In this document: in pieces, positions 38,381 through 47,339 of the stretch
How positions within the stretch are numbered: the stretch's first letter is position 1
Layout: each line of letters begins with the position of its first letter
DNA from: Candidatus Woesebacteria bacterium
Lineage (GTDB): Bacteria > Patescibacteriota > Microgenomatia > UBA8517 > UBA10165
DNA: 48,254 nucleotides
NCBI GenBank assembly: GCA_002686465.1
Contig: NZCP01000012.1
Location: forward strand, 1-48,254
Direction: 5' to 3'
Program-made: the position numbers and the translations under genes
The notes under the pieces: model-generated
What the model was told of the DNA's origin: nothing
What the model saw: only the letters and a program-made list of their open reading frames with translations
Database searches by the model: none

Positions 38381-40253
38381 GGGGAAAACTCCATCAATTT
38401 TATCTGATTTGAACCCAGCACAACAAGAGGCAGTTGCTCACTGGGGAACACCGCTCCTTATTTTGGCTGGAGCAGGCAGTGGTAAAACTAAAGCCTTAAC
38501 CCATAGAACTGCATGGCTAATCCAAGAAAAAAGTATTGTGCCTGAGAGCATACTTATGCTTACTTTTACAAATAAAGCAGCAGGAGAGATGAAAGAGAGA
38601 GTAATAAATCTTCTTGGCAACCCCTCTCACAACTCACAACCTACAACCTATCCTTTCTCTGGCACTTTTCATTCTTTTTGTGTCCGGGTTTTACGACACG
38701 ATGGATACCTGATTGGAATTGCCCCTGGTTTTGTAATCTACGATAGTCTCGACTCAAAAGATGCCATGAAGGGAGTTTTAGAAAAGTTGGGATTGGCAAA
38801 GACGTTGAAACCCCAAGTTGCACTCTCAGTTATATCACAAGCCAAAAATGAATTAATCGATCCCTTAGAGTATGCAAGTCTTGCGCACGGGGACTTCCAG
38901 AAAAATATCGCACAGGCCTATATTGGCTATCAAAAACTTCTAAAGGAAAACGATGCGCTTGATTTTGATGATTTGCTAATTAGTGTTGTGCACCTTTTCA
39001 AAAAAGAGAAATCTGCTCTAAACAAATATAGAAATCGTTTCCAATATATATTGGTCGACGAGTGGCAAGATACCAATAAAGCACAGTACGAAATAGTTAA
39101 ATTCCTTACTTCCAGCAGTAGACAATTAACAGTTGTCGGGGATGCTGCGCAAAGCATTTACGGTTGGCGCGGTGCAAACTATAGAAATATAAATTATCTA
39201 AAGCGTGACTTCCCAGAAATCGCCACGATCAACCTTGAACAAAATTACCGTTCCACCCAAAATATACTTGACGCGGCCTACGGCGTTATCAATCGAAACA
39301 AAAATCACCCTATCCTCAAACTTTGGACAAATAATACTCAAGGGGAAAAAATCAAACTTTATTGTGCCCGATCCGAGTTGGACGAGGCATCCTTCGTAAC
39401 AGACGAGATACAAAAAATACTTACACCCGAATCATCCTACTCTGATATCGCCGTTCTGTATCGCACCAACGCCCAGTCTCGTGTTCTTGAGGAATCTTTC
39501 TTGCACATCGGCATACCCTATATCTTAGTAGGTGGAACACGCTTCTATGAGAGACGGGAGATAAAAGATGTGCTTGCCTACCTAAAACTCCTAGTTAATC
39601 CAAAAGATACAGTTTCTTTGAAGCGAGTCAAAAACATAGGGAAGCGGCGGTTTGAAAGGTTTGAAAAGCTAAGCCAAACTCTAAAAATTGCCGATTACAC
39701 AACTTTAGAGATCTTAGACGAGACAACATCCACAACGGGATATTTAGAACTTTATGATCCAGAAAATGAGGAGGATATTGCTCGGCTTGAAAACGTCAAG
39801 GAATTACGCTCTGTTGCAACAGAATTTCCAAACCTTCCTGACTTCCTAGAGCAAGTAGCACTCGTCGAAACCATTCAAAATTCTAAAGGTGCCCCTTTTG
39901 CCGCTCGAGACAATGAAGCCGTAACATTAATGACTGCGCATAGCGCTAAGGGTCTTGAATTCTCTTCTGTATTTATAGTCGGGCTTGAGGAAGGACTTTT
40001 CCCGCACTCTCGTTCTCTCATGGATGCAGAAGAACTCGAAGAAGAACGCAGACTATCCTATGTAGGAATAACCCGCGCTAAAGAAAGACTTTATTTAAGT
40101 TTTGCTCTAAAGCGAATGATTTTCGGACAAAGAGGGGCTAGTACTCCTTCGCGTTTCTTGTCTGAAATACCAGAACATTTGATTGAAAATCGCCCACAAG
40201 AGTTATACTCAAACAAAGATTTTTCAGAATTTACCCAAGAAAGCGAGTTTTGA
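38379..40253 (+). CDS. ATP-dependent DNA helicase, UvrD/PcrA family (SF1A)
   Basis: LNPAQQEAV, AGAGSGKTKALTHR, VDEWQDTN, GDAAQSIYGWRGA, LEQNYRST, VTLMTAHSAKGLEF and LSYVGITRAKERL. Confidence 0.92.
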   Translation: MGKTPSILSDLNPAQQEAVAHWGTPLLILAGAGSGKTKALTHRTAWLIQEKSIVPESILMLTFTNKAAGEMKERVINLLGNPSHNSQPTTYPFSGTFHSFCVRVLRHDGYLIGIAPGFVIYDSLDSKDAMKGVLEKLGLAKTLKPQVALSVISQAKNELIDPLEYASLAHGDFQKNIAQAYIGYQKLLKENDALDFDDLLISVVHLFKKEKSALNKYRNRFQYILVDEWQDTNKAQYEIVKFLTSSSRQLTVVGDAAQSIYGWRGANYRNINYLKRDFPEIATINLEQNYRSTQNILDAAYGVINRNKNHPILKLWTNNTQGEKIKLYCARSELDEASFVTDEIQKILTPESSYSDIAVLYRTNAQSRVLEESFLHIGIPYILVGGTRFYERREIKDVLAYLKLLVNPKDTVSLKRVKNIGKRRFERFEKLSQTLKIADYTTLEILDETTSTTGYLELYDPENEEDIARLENVKELRSVATEFPNLPDFLEQVALVETIQNSKGAPFAARDNEAVTLMTAHSAKGLEFSSVFIVGLEEGLFPHSRSLMDAEELEEERRLSYVGITRAKERLYLSFALKRMIFGQRGASTPSRFLSEIPEHLIENRPQELYSNKDFSEFTQESEF

Positions 40254-40255
40254 CA

Positions 40256-41248
40256 ATGACATCCCGCAGGCTTACTCAATCAGACAAAAGCTCTTTTGAT
40301 CACCTTGTAGATCATCCAATCCAATCGTGGCAGTGGGGATCCTTCCGCGAAAAAACAGGAATTAAAGTGATCCGTGCTGGAACGTTTGATAACGGCAAGA
40401 TGACGGAAGGATACCAAATAACAATTCATACCATTCCTTACACAAATTTCAAAATCGGGGCATTTTTTAAAGGCCCAGAACCAACAACTCAGATGCTTAC
40501 TGCTTTAAAAAACTTTGGAAAAGAGGAGGGATTAATTTTGATCCGAATGGAACCAAACGTTCTGGACTCTTCAGAAGGCAAAAATTTGCTGCGACAGAAT
40601 GGTGCTGTGTCCGGACGATCCTCTTTTACTAAAGAAACATTTTTAATAGACCTAACAAAAAGCGAGGAAGAACTTTTGAAAAATATGCACTCAAAAACAC
40701 GATATAACATTAGAGTTGCAGAACGTCATGGTGTTGAGGTTGCAGAAAATAATTCAGACAAAGCTTTTGAGGAACACCTCAAGCTTATGATGGAGACAAC
40801 AAAACGACAAGGTTTTTATGCACACTCAGAGCGCTACCATCGCTTGATGTGGGAAGTGCTCGCCCCATCCGGGATCGCGCACCTTTTACAAGCTAAATAT
40901 AAAGAAAAAATTCTGGTTTCTTGGATTGTTTTTGTTTGGGGAAACACACTTTATTATCCGTATGGAGCGTCCTCGGGAGAGGACAGGAACGTCATGGCGG
41001 CTTACGGTATGATGTGGGAAGCAATTAAATTTGGAAAACAACTTGGATTATCCAAATTTGATCTTTGGGGCAAAGAAGAAGGAAAGGGGTTCACCAAATT
41101 TAAAGAAGGGTTCGGCCCACAACCAGTTGAATTTATAGGGACTTGGGACTTACCAATAAGTCCAATTCTTTATCCTCTTTATAGAATTACAGAAAAGATC
41201 TGGTGGATATTTTTAAGAACAAAAGCAAAACTCCTCCCCACAATTTGA
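40256..41248 (+). CDS. FemAB-family peptidoglycan bridge-formation aminoacyltransferase, paralogue 1
   Basis: LIDLTKSEEELLKNMHSKTRYNIRVAERHGVEV...YPYGASS...FTKFKEGFG. The ORF opens at TTG 40250, overlapping the uvrD stop. Confidence 0.8.
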   Translation: MTSRRLTQSDKSSFDHLVDHPIQSWQWGSFREKTGIKVIRAGTFDNGKMTEGYQITIHTIPYTNFKIGAFFKGPEPTTQMLTALKNFGKEEGLILIRMEPNVLDSSEGKNLLRQNGAVSGRSSFTKETFLIDLTKSEEELLKNMHSKTRYNIRVAERHGVEVAENNSDKAFEEHLKLMMETTKRQGFYAHSERYHRLMWEVLAPSGIAHLLQAKYKEKILVSWIVFVWGNTLYYPYGASSGEDRNVMAAYGMMWEAIKFGKQLGLSKFDLWGKEEGKGFTKFKEGFGPQPVEFIGTWDLPISPILYPLYRITEKIWWIFLRTKAKLLPTI

Positions 41249-41252
41249 CTAC

Positions 41253-42122
41253 ATGCAAGACCTTCGGCAAACAAAAGAGTATGCCCAATATATGCAAAGT
41301 ATCGGGTGGTCGGTTGTCAGATGTCAGATATCAGACACCAGGTGTCAGATTTTTGTAAAAAAAATTCCACTATTTGGTACTGTGGCAAAGCTGCAAAGAC
41401 CCCTCAATACAATTACCGCAAAACAGTTAGATAGTTTTTCCAAAAAACACAAAATCTCTGTCTTATACGTAGAACGTTCGTCGAACGTTCGAAGCACGTT
41501 CGAAGGGTTTTCAGAAGCAAAAAGCTCTTTTGTGCCTGCAAAGACTATCCACATTGATTTAACCAAATCTGAAAAAAAATTACTTTCCGAAATGAAGCCG
41601 AAAACAAGATACAACGTTGGTCTGTCTCAAAAAAGAAATGTAATAATTAAGGCGTCGCACAATATTAATACGTTTGGGGGATTGTGGGGGAAATCCGCAA
41701 GAGGCCGTGGTATGTTTCTCCCGCAAATAAAGGAAATAAGTGCTCTCTGGCGTGCTTTCGGGAACATGGCACACATTCTCTTGGCCTATTCCCCACTACC
41801 TACTACTCACTACTCACAACCAGTTGCTGGAGTACTCATGGTACGAACAGCAACATCAGCTTACTATATGTATGCTGCCGCGACTGCTGAGGGCAAAAAA
41901 CTCTTCGCACCAACCCTTCTTGCCTGGGAAGCAATAAGACTTGCAAAGAAAAGAAAATGCAAAGTCTTTGATTTTGAAGGAATCTATGATGAGCGTTATC
42001 CTTCTACTAAAAAGTGGAAAGGGTTTACAAGATTTAAAGAAGGATTTGGAGGAAAAATAGTTACTTATCCCGAAACTCTTGTAAAATATTACAATTGGTT
42101 TGTAAAAATTCTGAATATCTAG
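41253..42122 (+). CDS. FemAB-family peptidoglycan bridge-formation aminoacyltransferase, paralogue 2
   Basis: HIDLTKSEKKLLSEMKPKTRYNVGLSQKRNVII...YMYAAAT...FTRFKEGFG. It aligns along its length with paralogue 1. Confidence 0.8.
   Translation: MQDLRQTKEYAQYMQSIGWSVVRCQISDTRCQIFVKKIPLFGTVAKLQRPLNTITAKQLDSFSKKHKISVLYVERSSNVRSTFEGFSEAKSSFVPAKTIHIDLTKSEKKLLSEMKPKTRYNVGLSQKRNVIIKASHNINTFGGLWGKSARGRGMFLPQIKEISALWRAFGNMAHILLAYSPLPTTHYSQPVAGVLMVRTATSAYYMYAAATAEGKKLFAPTLLAWEAIRLAKKRKCKVFDFEGIYDERYPSTKKWKGFTRFKEGFGGKIVTYPETLVKYYNWFVKILNI
41315..41349 (+). repeat. In-CDS 7-nt tandem repeat (TGTCAGA TGTCAGA TATCAGA CACCAGG TGTCAGA)
   Basis: Read directly from the sequence. It encodes VVRCQISDTRCQI. Confidence 0.8.
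41473..41505 (+). repeat. In-CDS 11-nt tandem repeat x3 (AACGTTCGTCG AACGTTCGAAG CACGTTCGAAG) containing the palindrome CGAACGTTCG
   Basis: Read directly from the sequence. It is 33 nt, in frame, and encodes RSSNVRSTFEG. Confidence 0.8.
41804..41817 (+). repeat. In-CDS heptamer duplication TACTCAC TACTCAC, preceded by degenerate copies
   Basis: ccactacctactactcactactcacaac. It encodes PLPTTHYSQ, in a segment about 6 aa longer than in paralogue 1. Confidence 0.6.
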
Positions 42123-42137
42123 GATAATTGATAAGAA

Positions 42138-42461
42138 ATGTTTAGGAATAATGCCAGACTTCAAAGTCTAATCGGTCTAACCTCCGGCATAGCAGGAATA
42201 CTAATACCTCTGGGTGTCATCCTCTCTTTGCCGGCAATGGTCTTTGGGTTAGGTGGCCTGCATTTTAGTATAGGAAAAGACAAATTTGCTAGTTACACTG
42301 GGTCTGCAGCAGTCTTAATAGGAGTAGCTATTCGAGTTACTTATTCCTTGTATGGAAAAACGACGGAGGAGATAGATCTAAGTGGTTTGATAATATCGGC
42401 AGTTGCATTACTAGTCCTTATTTACATTTTCTACAGACATATCTCCCACAAACGAGCTTAG
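42138..42461 (+). CDS. Small integral membrane protein (3 predicted TM segments), function unknown
   Basis: 107-aa hydrophobic ORF, 15 nt after the second FemAB gene. Confidence 0.55.
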   Translation: MFRNNARLQSLIGLTSGIAGILIPLGVILSLPAMVFGLGGLHFSIGKDKFASYTGSAAVLIGVAIRVTYSLYGKTTEEIDLSGLIISAVALLVLIYIFYRHISHKRA

Positions 42462-42522
42462 TTGCCCGTCTCACAAAACAATTTATATTCACAGTCCTTG
42501 CGCCAGCAAACTCAAAGGGCAG

Positions 42523-43215
42523 TCACTGATCAATAATCCAAAGTGTAAACGGCACTTTGCCTTTAGGATTCTCAAAATCAACTAGAACATTCCCCTCATG
42601 CCAGTCAGGCAATAACTCCATTCCAATCAACTCCTCTAAACTTTGCTGTTGAATACTCCTGTCAAGCATTACTTTTGCTTCAGAAAAGGTATCTTTGACA
42701 GCTTCTCTAATTTCAGGGTCAATTTGCAATTGGCCATTATGTACAACGTCCTCGACTGTAATACCATCGTTGATTTTTTCCATTATCAGGTATTCTATTT
42801 TTAGTCTTCGCGAAAAAATTCCACCATAATGATCAGGCACTCTAACATGAGGTGGTAAAAACTCTTCACAAACCCAATGGAGATAGTCCATTCTGTCTAA
42901 TGCACTCCATAACGATTTCCCGGGTTGGCCTTCCTTTATTACAATAGGATGATCTCCCAGAGTATAGACATCACTGTTCCCCCCGCTTTTGAACCACCGT
43001 CTAAATTCTGGGTTGCCGCTTCGGGTTTCAAGTTCATTCTTATACTTGCCAAACTCCCTCCGCAGGTTAGTATCGCCAAACAGGAGTTTTCGGCCACTCG
43101 AGGTGAACACAGCAGTGCCGCCCTCAATCCAAAATAGGCGCCATCTCCGCCGGTCGAACCTGTCTTGATATTCACTGCCTGGAAATCCCACTAGCTGCTC
43201 TTTCATGCTTAACAT
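42523..43215 (-). CDS. Small protein-kinase-like fold protein (APH/Kdo/RIO-like), function unknown
   Basis: GGNSDVYTLGDHPIVIKEG (G-loop plus Lys), YLIMEKI (hinge), DWHEGNVLVD (catalytic-loop-like) and LWIIDQ (DFG-equivalent Asp). An alternative start is ATG 43206. Confidence 0.4.
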   Translation of the reverse strand: MLSMKEQLVGFPGSEYQDRFDRRRWRLFWIEGGTAVFTSSGRKLLFGDTNLRREFGKYKNELETRSGNPEFRRWFKSGGNSDVYTLGDHPIVIKEGQPGKSLWSALDRMDYLHWVCEEFLPPHVRVPDHYGGIFSRRLKIEYLIMEKINDGITVEDVVHNGQLQIDPEIREAVKDTFSEAKVMLDRSIQQQSLEELIGMELLPDWHEGNVLVDFENPKGKVPFTLWIIDQ

Positions 43216-43272
43216 TATACTATAAGATATAAAAGGATGGTAACTTTCTATACACAGGAAGTTTCTAATGTA

Positions 43273-46239
43273 TTAAAGGCCTACTTCACAAAACAGCTTG
43301 TACTCACAATCTTTGCACCAGAAATTCCCGGAACACGGAAAATCTGAGGTTTCGATTTGCTTTTTTACCTCTAAAATTTCCTTCGCCGCAGCGTTCAACT
43401 CTTCTGCTGTTCTTGTTGTAGACACTTTTGTTGCTTTGTCAAAAAAGTAAAGAGAAAGCGTTACCTCTTCAGGGTCTTTTGAAAAAAGAGGATGATTTAC
43501 TTTGTTTGCAGCCATCGCATAAATGGAAAGCTGCAAGTCTTTTTTTAGATCTTTCTCGCTCGGTAGTTCTTTGTTTGTAAAATCGGTGGTTTTATAGTCG
43601 ATTATTTCTATTCCATTCTTGGTCTTTTCTACTCTGTCTATCCTCCCTCCAATTTTTAAGCCGGCCTTTAGGGGAAAAGTGAATGGCTGCTCAAGAGCTA
43701 AAGGCGGATTCTTTGGATTGTGCAAATCTGTTTTTAAATAGCTTAAAAGATACTCCTCGCCTCTTTTTTTCATCTGCGCTTCATGTTTCTTACTTGTATA
43801 TCCCTCGCTAATCCAGTTCTGTTTATAAAACTTTAAAAGTTGGCTCTTCCCAACTTTCCTCTGCCTGCCGGCAGACCCGATGCCCTTAATCTGCTCTTCG
43901 TTAAAGTCTCTGAGTACTACATGCAGTGTCGTCCCAAAACTTTGTGCTGCAGCAGGTGGAGTCGGAACTTTAAGAATATATTGTAATTTGTAGTGGAGAG
44001 GACAAAACTGAAAAGTATTAATCTGTGAATAGGAAAGATAAGTAATTGGTTGTGAGGCAATCGATGTACCCTTCTTCGCCCCTTCGGCTCCGCTCAGGGC
44101 TGCACCCGCTCGGACAGCGGAGGGCCGGAAGTCCATAATGCTGAGCTGCTCCACGTCCGCCTCGCTTTCTCGCTTGAGTACTTCTTCCCCGAGAGCTTCT
44201 GCCACAAATGGTGATATTTTCTTTTCCCTTTTTCCCTCTCCATAATAATCAGCAGCCGTTAGATAAAGTTTATCCATGGCACGCGTCATCGCAACATATG
44301 CCAATCTTCTTTCTTCTTCAAGATGGTAATCCCCTTCTGGCAACACCTCTTTTATTAACTCTTCAGGGATTGGAATCTGTTCACTACGCGCATTTGTTGG
44401 AAAACGCTGTGCGACAAGATTAACTACGAAAACTACCGGGAACTCCAAGCCCTTACTAGAGTGAATAGTTAAAATGTTTACGGCATTCTCTTTTGTCCAG
44501 TCCACATCGGCAGCCAGAGGTGATTCACCAAGATCCATCGAAAGCTCAATCCAGTCAACCACAGCAAAAACCGATGCATCCTCATGCTCTATCTCATAAG
44601 TCTTTAGCTTGTCAAAAAATTTAGTGATGTTTTGAACCCGTTTTTCACCCCTCTCGTTCTTTGGACTAATCAGCCCCTGTAAGATTCCAGACTCCTCCAA
44701 AAAGTAATAAATGATTTGCCCAGCTGTCTCCCGAGGTATGAGCTTTAGGTGATGATATACCATCTTCACAAAACTAGTAATCTTCTCCTTTGTTTTGCCT
44801 GACACGGAAATATCATCCACTTTTTCCACCGCCTCAAAAAGAGATAGGTTGAATCTTCTCGCATAATTTGCAATTGCTGCAAGATCACGAACATTTAGGC
44901 CAAGATGATCCATGGCTAAAACTTTATAAAGACTTGCTGAATCTTCGAAGTTATAGAGAACTTTAAGATAGGCAAATAGCTCTTTTACTTCCTCTTGTCG
45001 AAAAAGTTGGCCGGGTCCTAAAAACTGGTAAGGAATACCCTCTCTTGCAAAAGCTCTGACAAAGGGCTCTGAATGATTATTGGCCCGGACTAGAATCGCA
45101 AAATCTGAAAATTCTCTTTTGTCAGTTTCCACTGACTGAAGTATTTTCTTCACTACTAAATCTGCCTCATTTTCTACCCTGTCTGCGTGTATAAATTCAG
45201 GCATTACACCCTTTTTACCTCCCTGCGAAGTTAATTTTTTACTTATTTTTTCCGTGACCTCCAGTCTATCTGGATTGTTGTTCTGGATAAGCCGATAGGC
45301 AGCATCAAGTATACTCTGAGTTGAACGGTAGTTTTGCGTTAGAGAAATAATTTTTGCGCGCTTGTAGGTCTTTCTAAATTGGATCACATTAGATGTTGCG
45401 GCTCCGCGCCATCTGTAAATCGCCTGGTCATCATCAGCTACAACAGTTAAATTGCCGCGCTTCCCAACAAGCAAATTTACAAGTGTGTTTTGGGCAATAT
45501 TAGTATCTTGGAACTCGTCAACAAGAATATATTTAAATTGCTTCTGGTATCGTTTTAAAACATTTTGTCTGTTGCGAAAAAGTTTGAGTGTGTTAGAAAT
45601 AAGATCTGCAAAATCCACAACAGATTCTTTAACTTTAAGTTCTTCATACTTCCTGTAGGCCTCTGCTAACTCCTTTACTTTGATCGCTTCTTGTTTGCCC
45701 TCCAGAGTCTTGACTAAGGAGGGTTTTTTCTTCTTTGCGTATTTCAAATAATCACTGGGAGAAATATCTTCATCTTTAAGACGTGAGAAATGTTGAAGCA
45801 TACCACCAAGAAATTTTGTTGGGTTTCCAAGCGGTCTGAAATATTGCAAATCAAATTCAAAAAGATGCCCCCGGAGAAAGCGTATGGTTTCAGCCTCCAT
45901 CATCAAATGGTATCTTGGATCCAGCCCTATATTTAGAGCTTCTGCGCGCAATATCCGGTCGCAGAAAGAGTGAAAGGTTGAAATCCACATTTGGGTATAC
46001 CCATACGGCATTGCGACATCAACACGCTCTTCCATTTCTCTGGCTGCTTTTTCAGTAAAGGTGAGGGCCAGGATTTCTGAGGGTTGAGCCCCCTCTTTTA
46101 GGATTAAGTATTTAATCCGCTCGGTAACAACTCTGGTTTTTCCGGTTCCTGCACCAGCAATAATAAGAAGGGGCCCGGCTCCATGTTTAACTGCCTTCAA
46201 TTGCTCTTTATTAAGCTGGGTGTCGTTTTTCTTAGCCAC
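43273..46239 (-). CDS. Fusion of a UvrD/Rep-type SF1 helicase with a C-terminal PD-(D/E)XK nuclease carrying a Cas4/AddB-type 4-Cys cluster
   Basis: AGAGTGKTRV, VDEFQDTN, ADDDQAIYRWRGA, LTQNYRST, TIHSSKGLEFPVVF and LAYVAMTRAMDKL. The nuclease part has FCPLHY...GRIDRV...IIDYKT...QLSIYA...C-x5-C-x2-C-x5-C. Start is GTG. Confidence 0.85.
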   Translation of the reverse strand: MAKKNDTQLNKEQLKAVKHGAGPLLIIAGAGTGKTRVVTERIKYLILKEGAQPSEILALTFTEKAAREMEERVDVAMPYGYTQMWISTFHSFCDRILRAEALNIGLDPRYHLMMEAETIRFLRGHLFEFDLQYFRPLGNPTKFLGGMLQHFSRLKDEDISPSDYLKYAKKKKPSLVKTLEGKQEAIKVKELAEAYRKYEELKVKESVVDFADLISNTLKLFRNRQNVLKRYQKQFKYILVDEFQDTNIAQNTLVNLLVGKRGNLTVVADDDQAIYRWRGAATSNVIQFRKTYKRAKIISLTQNYRSTQSILDAAYRLIQNNNPDRLEVTEKISKKLTSQGGKKGVMPEFIHADRVENEADLVVKKILQSVETDKREFSDFAILVRANNHSEPFVRAFAREGIPYQFLGPGQLFRQEEVKELFAYLKVLYNFEDSASLYKVLAMDHLGLNVRDLAAIANYARRFNLSLFEAVEKVDDISVSGKTKEKITSFVKMVYHHLKLIPRETAGQIIYYFLEESGILQGLISPKNERGEKRVQNITKFFDKLKTYEIEHEDASVFAVVDWIELSMDLGESPLAADVDWTKENAVNILTIHSSKGLEFPVVFVVNLVAQRFPTNARSEQIPIPEELIKEVLPEGDYHLEEERRLAYVAMTRAMDKLYLTAADYYGEGKREKKISPFVAEALGEEVLKRESEADVEQLSIMDFRPSAVRAGAALSGAEGAKKGTSIASQPITYLSYSQINTFQFCPLHYKLQYILKVPTPPAAAQSFGTTLHVVLRDFNEEQIKGIGSAGRQRKVGKSQLLKFYKQNWISEGYTSKKHEAQMKKRGEEYLLSYLKTDLHNPKNPPLALEQPFTFPLKAGLKIGGRIDRVEKTKNGIEIIDYKTTDFTNKELPSEKDLKKDLQLSIYAMAANKVNHPLFSKDPEEVTLSLYFFDKATKVSTTRTAEELNAAAKEILEVKKQIETSDFPCSGNFWCKDCEYKLFCEVGL

Positions 46240-46247
46240 AATTTTCG

Positions 46248-47273
46248 TTAAGAAGTATACTTTGTTTCACCTTGCTCTGGAAGTTCTGCTTCTTCTTTGG
46301 CAGGCTCTCCTAAGCTTTGGGTTGAAGTAATCTTTTGACCAAGTTGGGTAAACGAGGAGGCAAGAGAGCTCATTGTGTTATATGCATTATTCAAATGTTT
46401 GCCCAAGAGATCAACTATTCCTCCCATTTTATCGTAGTCCTTTTGGACCGCACGGATTGACGACAAGACTTGCCTAGCTTGCTGTTCTATTCTTTTACCT
46501 TCAAAACTCATTAAGATAATCCGAAGGTGTGCATAAAGAGTTGTTGGAGAAACAGGATAGACTCTTTGCTCTCTTGCGTATGAGATTACCTCGGATATGT
46601 TTACAATTTCGTAATAAACGCTTTCTGAGGGAACATACATTATCGCAAAATCAACAGTCCCTTCCTCAGGAAGGATATATTTTTTAGAAATGGCGTCGAT
46701 GTGACGTTTAACGTCTCGGGCAAATTCTCGTTTCGCGCGCGCTCGTTCGTCCTTTGTTTCCCCTTTGATCATTTTTTGGAAATTCTCCATTGGGAATTTT
46801 GAATCAATTGGTAATAGCCCCGCATCTGTTTTTAAAGCAGCATCTACTTTGTTTCCAGATTTAAATTGATGCTGAAAAGAAACAGCGTGCTTTGGGAATG
46901 TTTGCTCAAGAAGATCTTTTAAAACCTCCTCTCCTATATTTCCTCTGAGCTTGGGACTTTTTAAGTATTCTTGGAGGTCTCGCATACTACGAGAGATTTC
47001 TGAAAATTGCCCTGCCTCCTTCTGCAAGGAACCAATAACACTTGCTGCGCGATCTAGCCTTTCATTTATATCTCTCGTGTTACGTTGCAGAGTCTCTGTG
47101 ACATTTTTATTGCTTTGCGATAAGTTGTCCTGATTTGATTTTAACCACTCTACAATCTCTTCATTTACTTTATTTTTCTCCCCAACATCCGAGAGTCTCT
47201 TGTTTACCATCCAAACCACAATGGCGAATCCAGCTACCAAAACAGCCAAAATTAAGTAAAGGTCTTGCGACAT
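46248..47273 (-). CDS. rmuC: DNA recombination protein RmuC
   Basis: N-terminal TM segment, a coiled-coil and VKRHIDAISKKYILPEEGTVDFAIMYVPSESVYYEI. ATG 47273 is preceded by an extended -10. The ORF opens at 47300. Confidence 0.88.
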   Translation of the reverse strand: MSQDLYLILAVLVAGFAIVVWMVNKRLSDVGEKNKVNEEIVEWLKSNQDNLSQSNKNVTETLQRNTRDINERLDRAASVIGSLQKEAGQFSEISRSMRDLQEYLKSPKLRGNIGEEVLKDLLEQTFPKHAVSFQHQFKSGNKVDAALKTDAGLLPIDSKFPMENFQKMIKGETKDERARAKREFARDVKRHIDAISKKYILPEEGTVDFAIMYVPSESVYYEIVNISEVISYAREQRVYPVSPTTLYAHLRIILMSFEGKRIEQQARQVLSSIRAVQKDYDKMGGIVDLLGKHLNNAYNTMSSLASSFTQLGQKITSTQSLGEPAKEEAELPEQGETKYTS

Positions 47274-47283
47274 GATATCCTGT

Positions 47284-47292
47284 ATTGTAACA
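47284..47292 (-). promoter_or_regulatory. Extended -10 (TGtTACAAT) 10 nt upstream of rmuC ATG 47273
   Basis: The minus strand reads tgttacaat-acaggatatc-ATG. Confidence 0.45.
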
Positions 47293-47339
47293 GATAACAT
47301 CCTCCGCCGAGCCTGACTCGGCGGCTTCGCCCCTGAGGA

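Noticed and set aside
47293-47313. Hairpin CCGCCGAG-cctga-CTCGGCGG between rmuC and the 127-aa membrane-protein gene
   Set aside because: It has a real 8-bp stem but no T-run. It lies in a divergent promoter region and overlaps the longer version of the rmuC ORF. I cannot assign a role from sequence alone.
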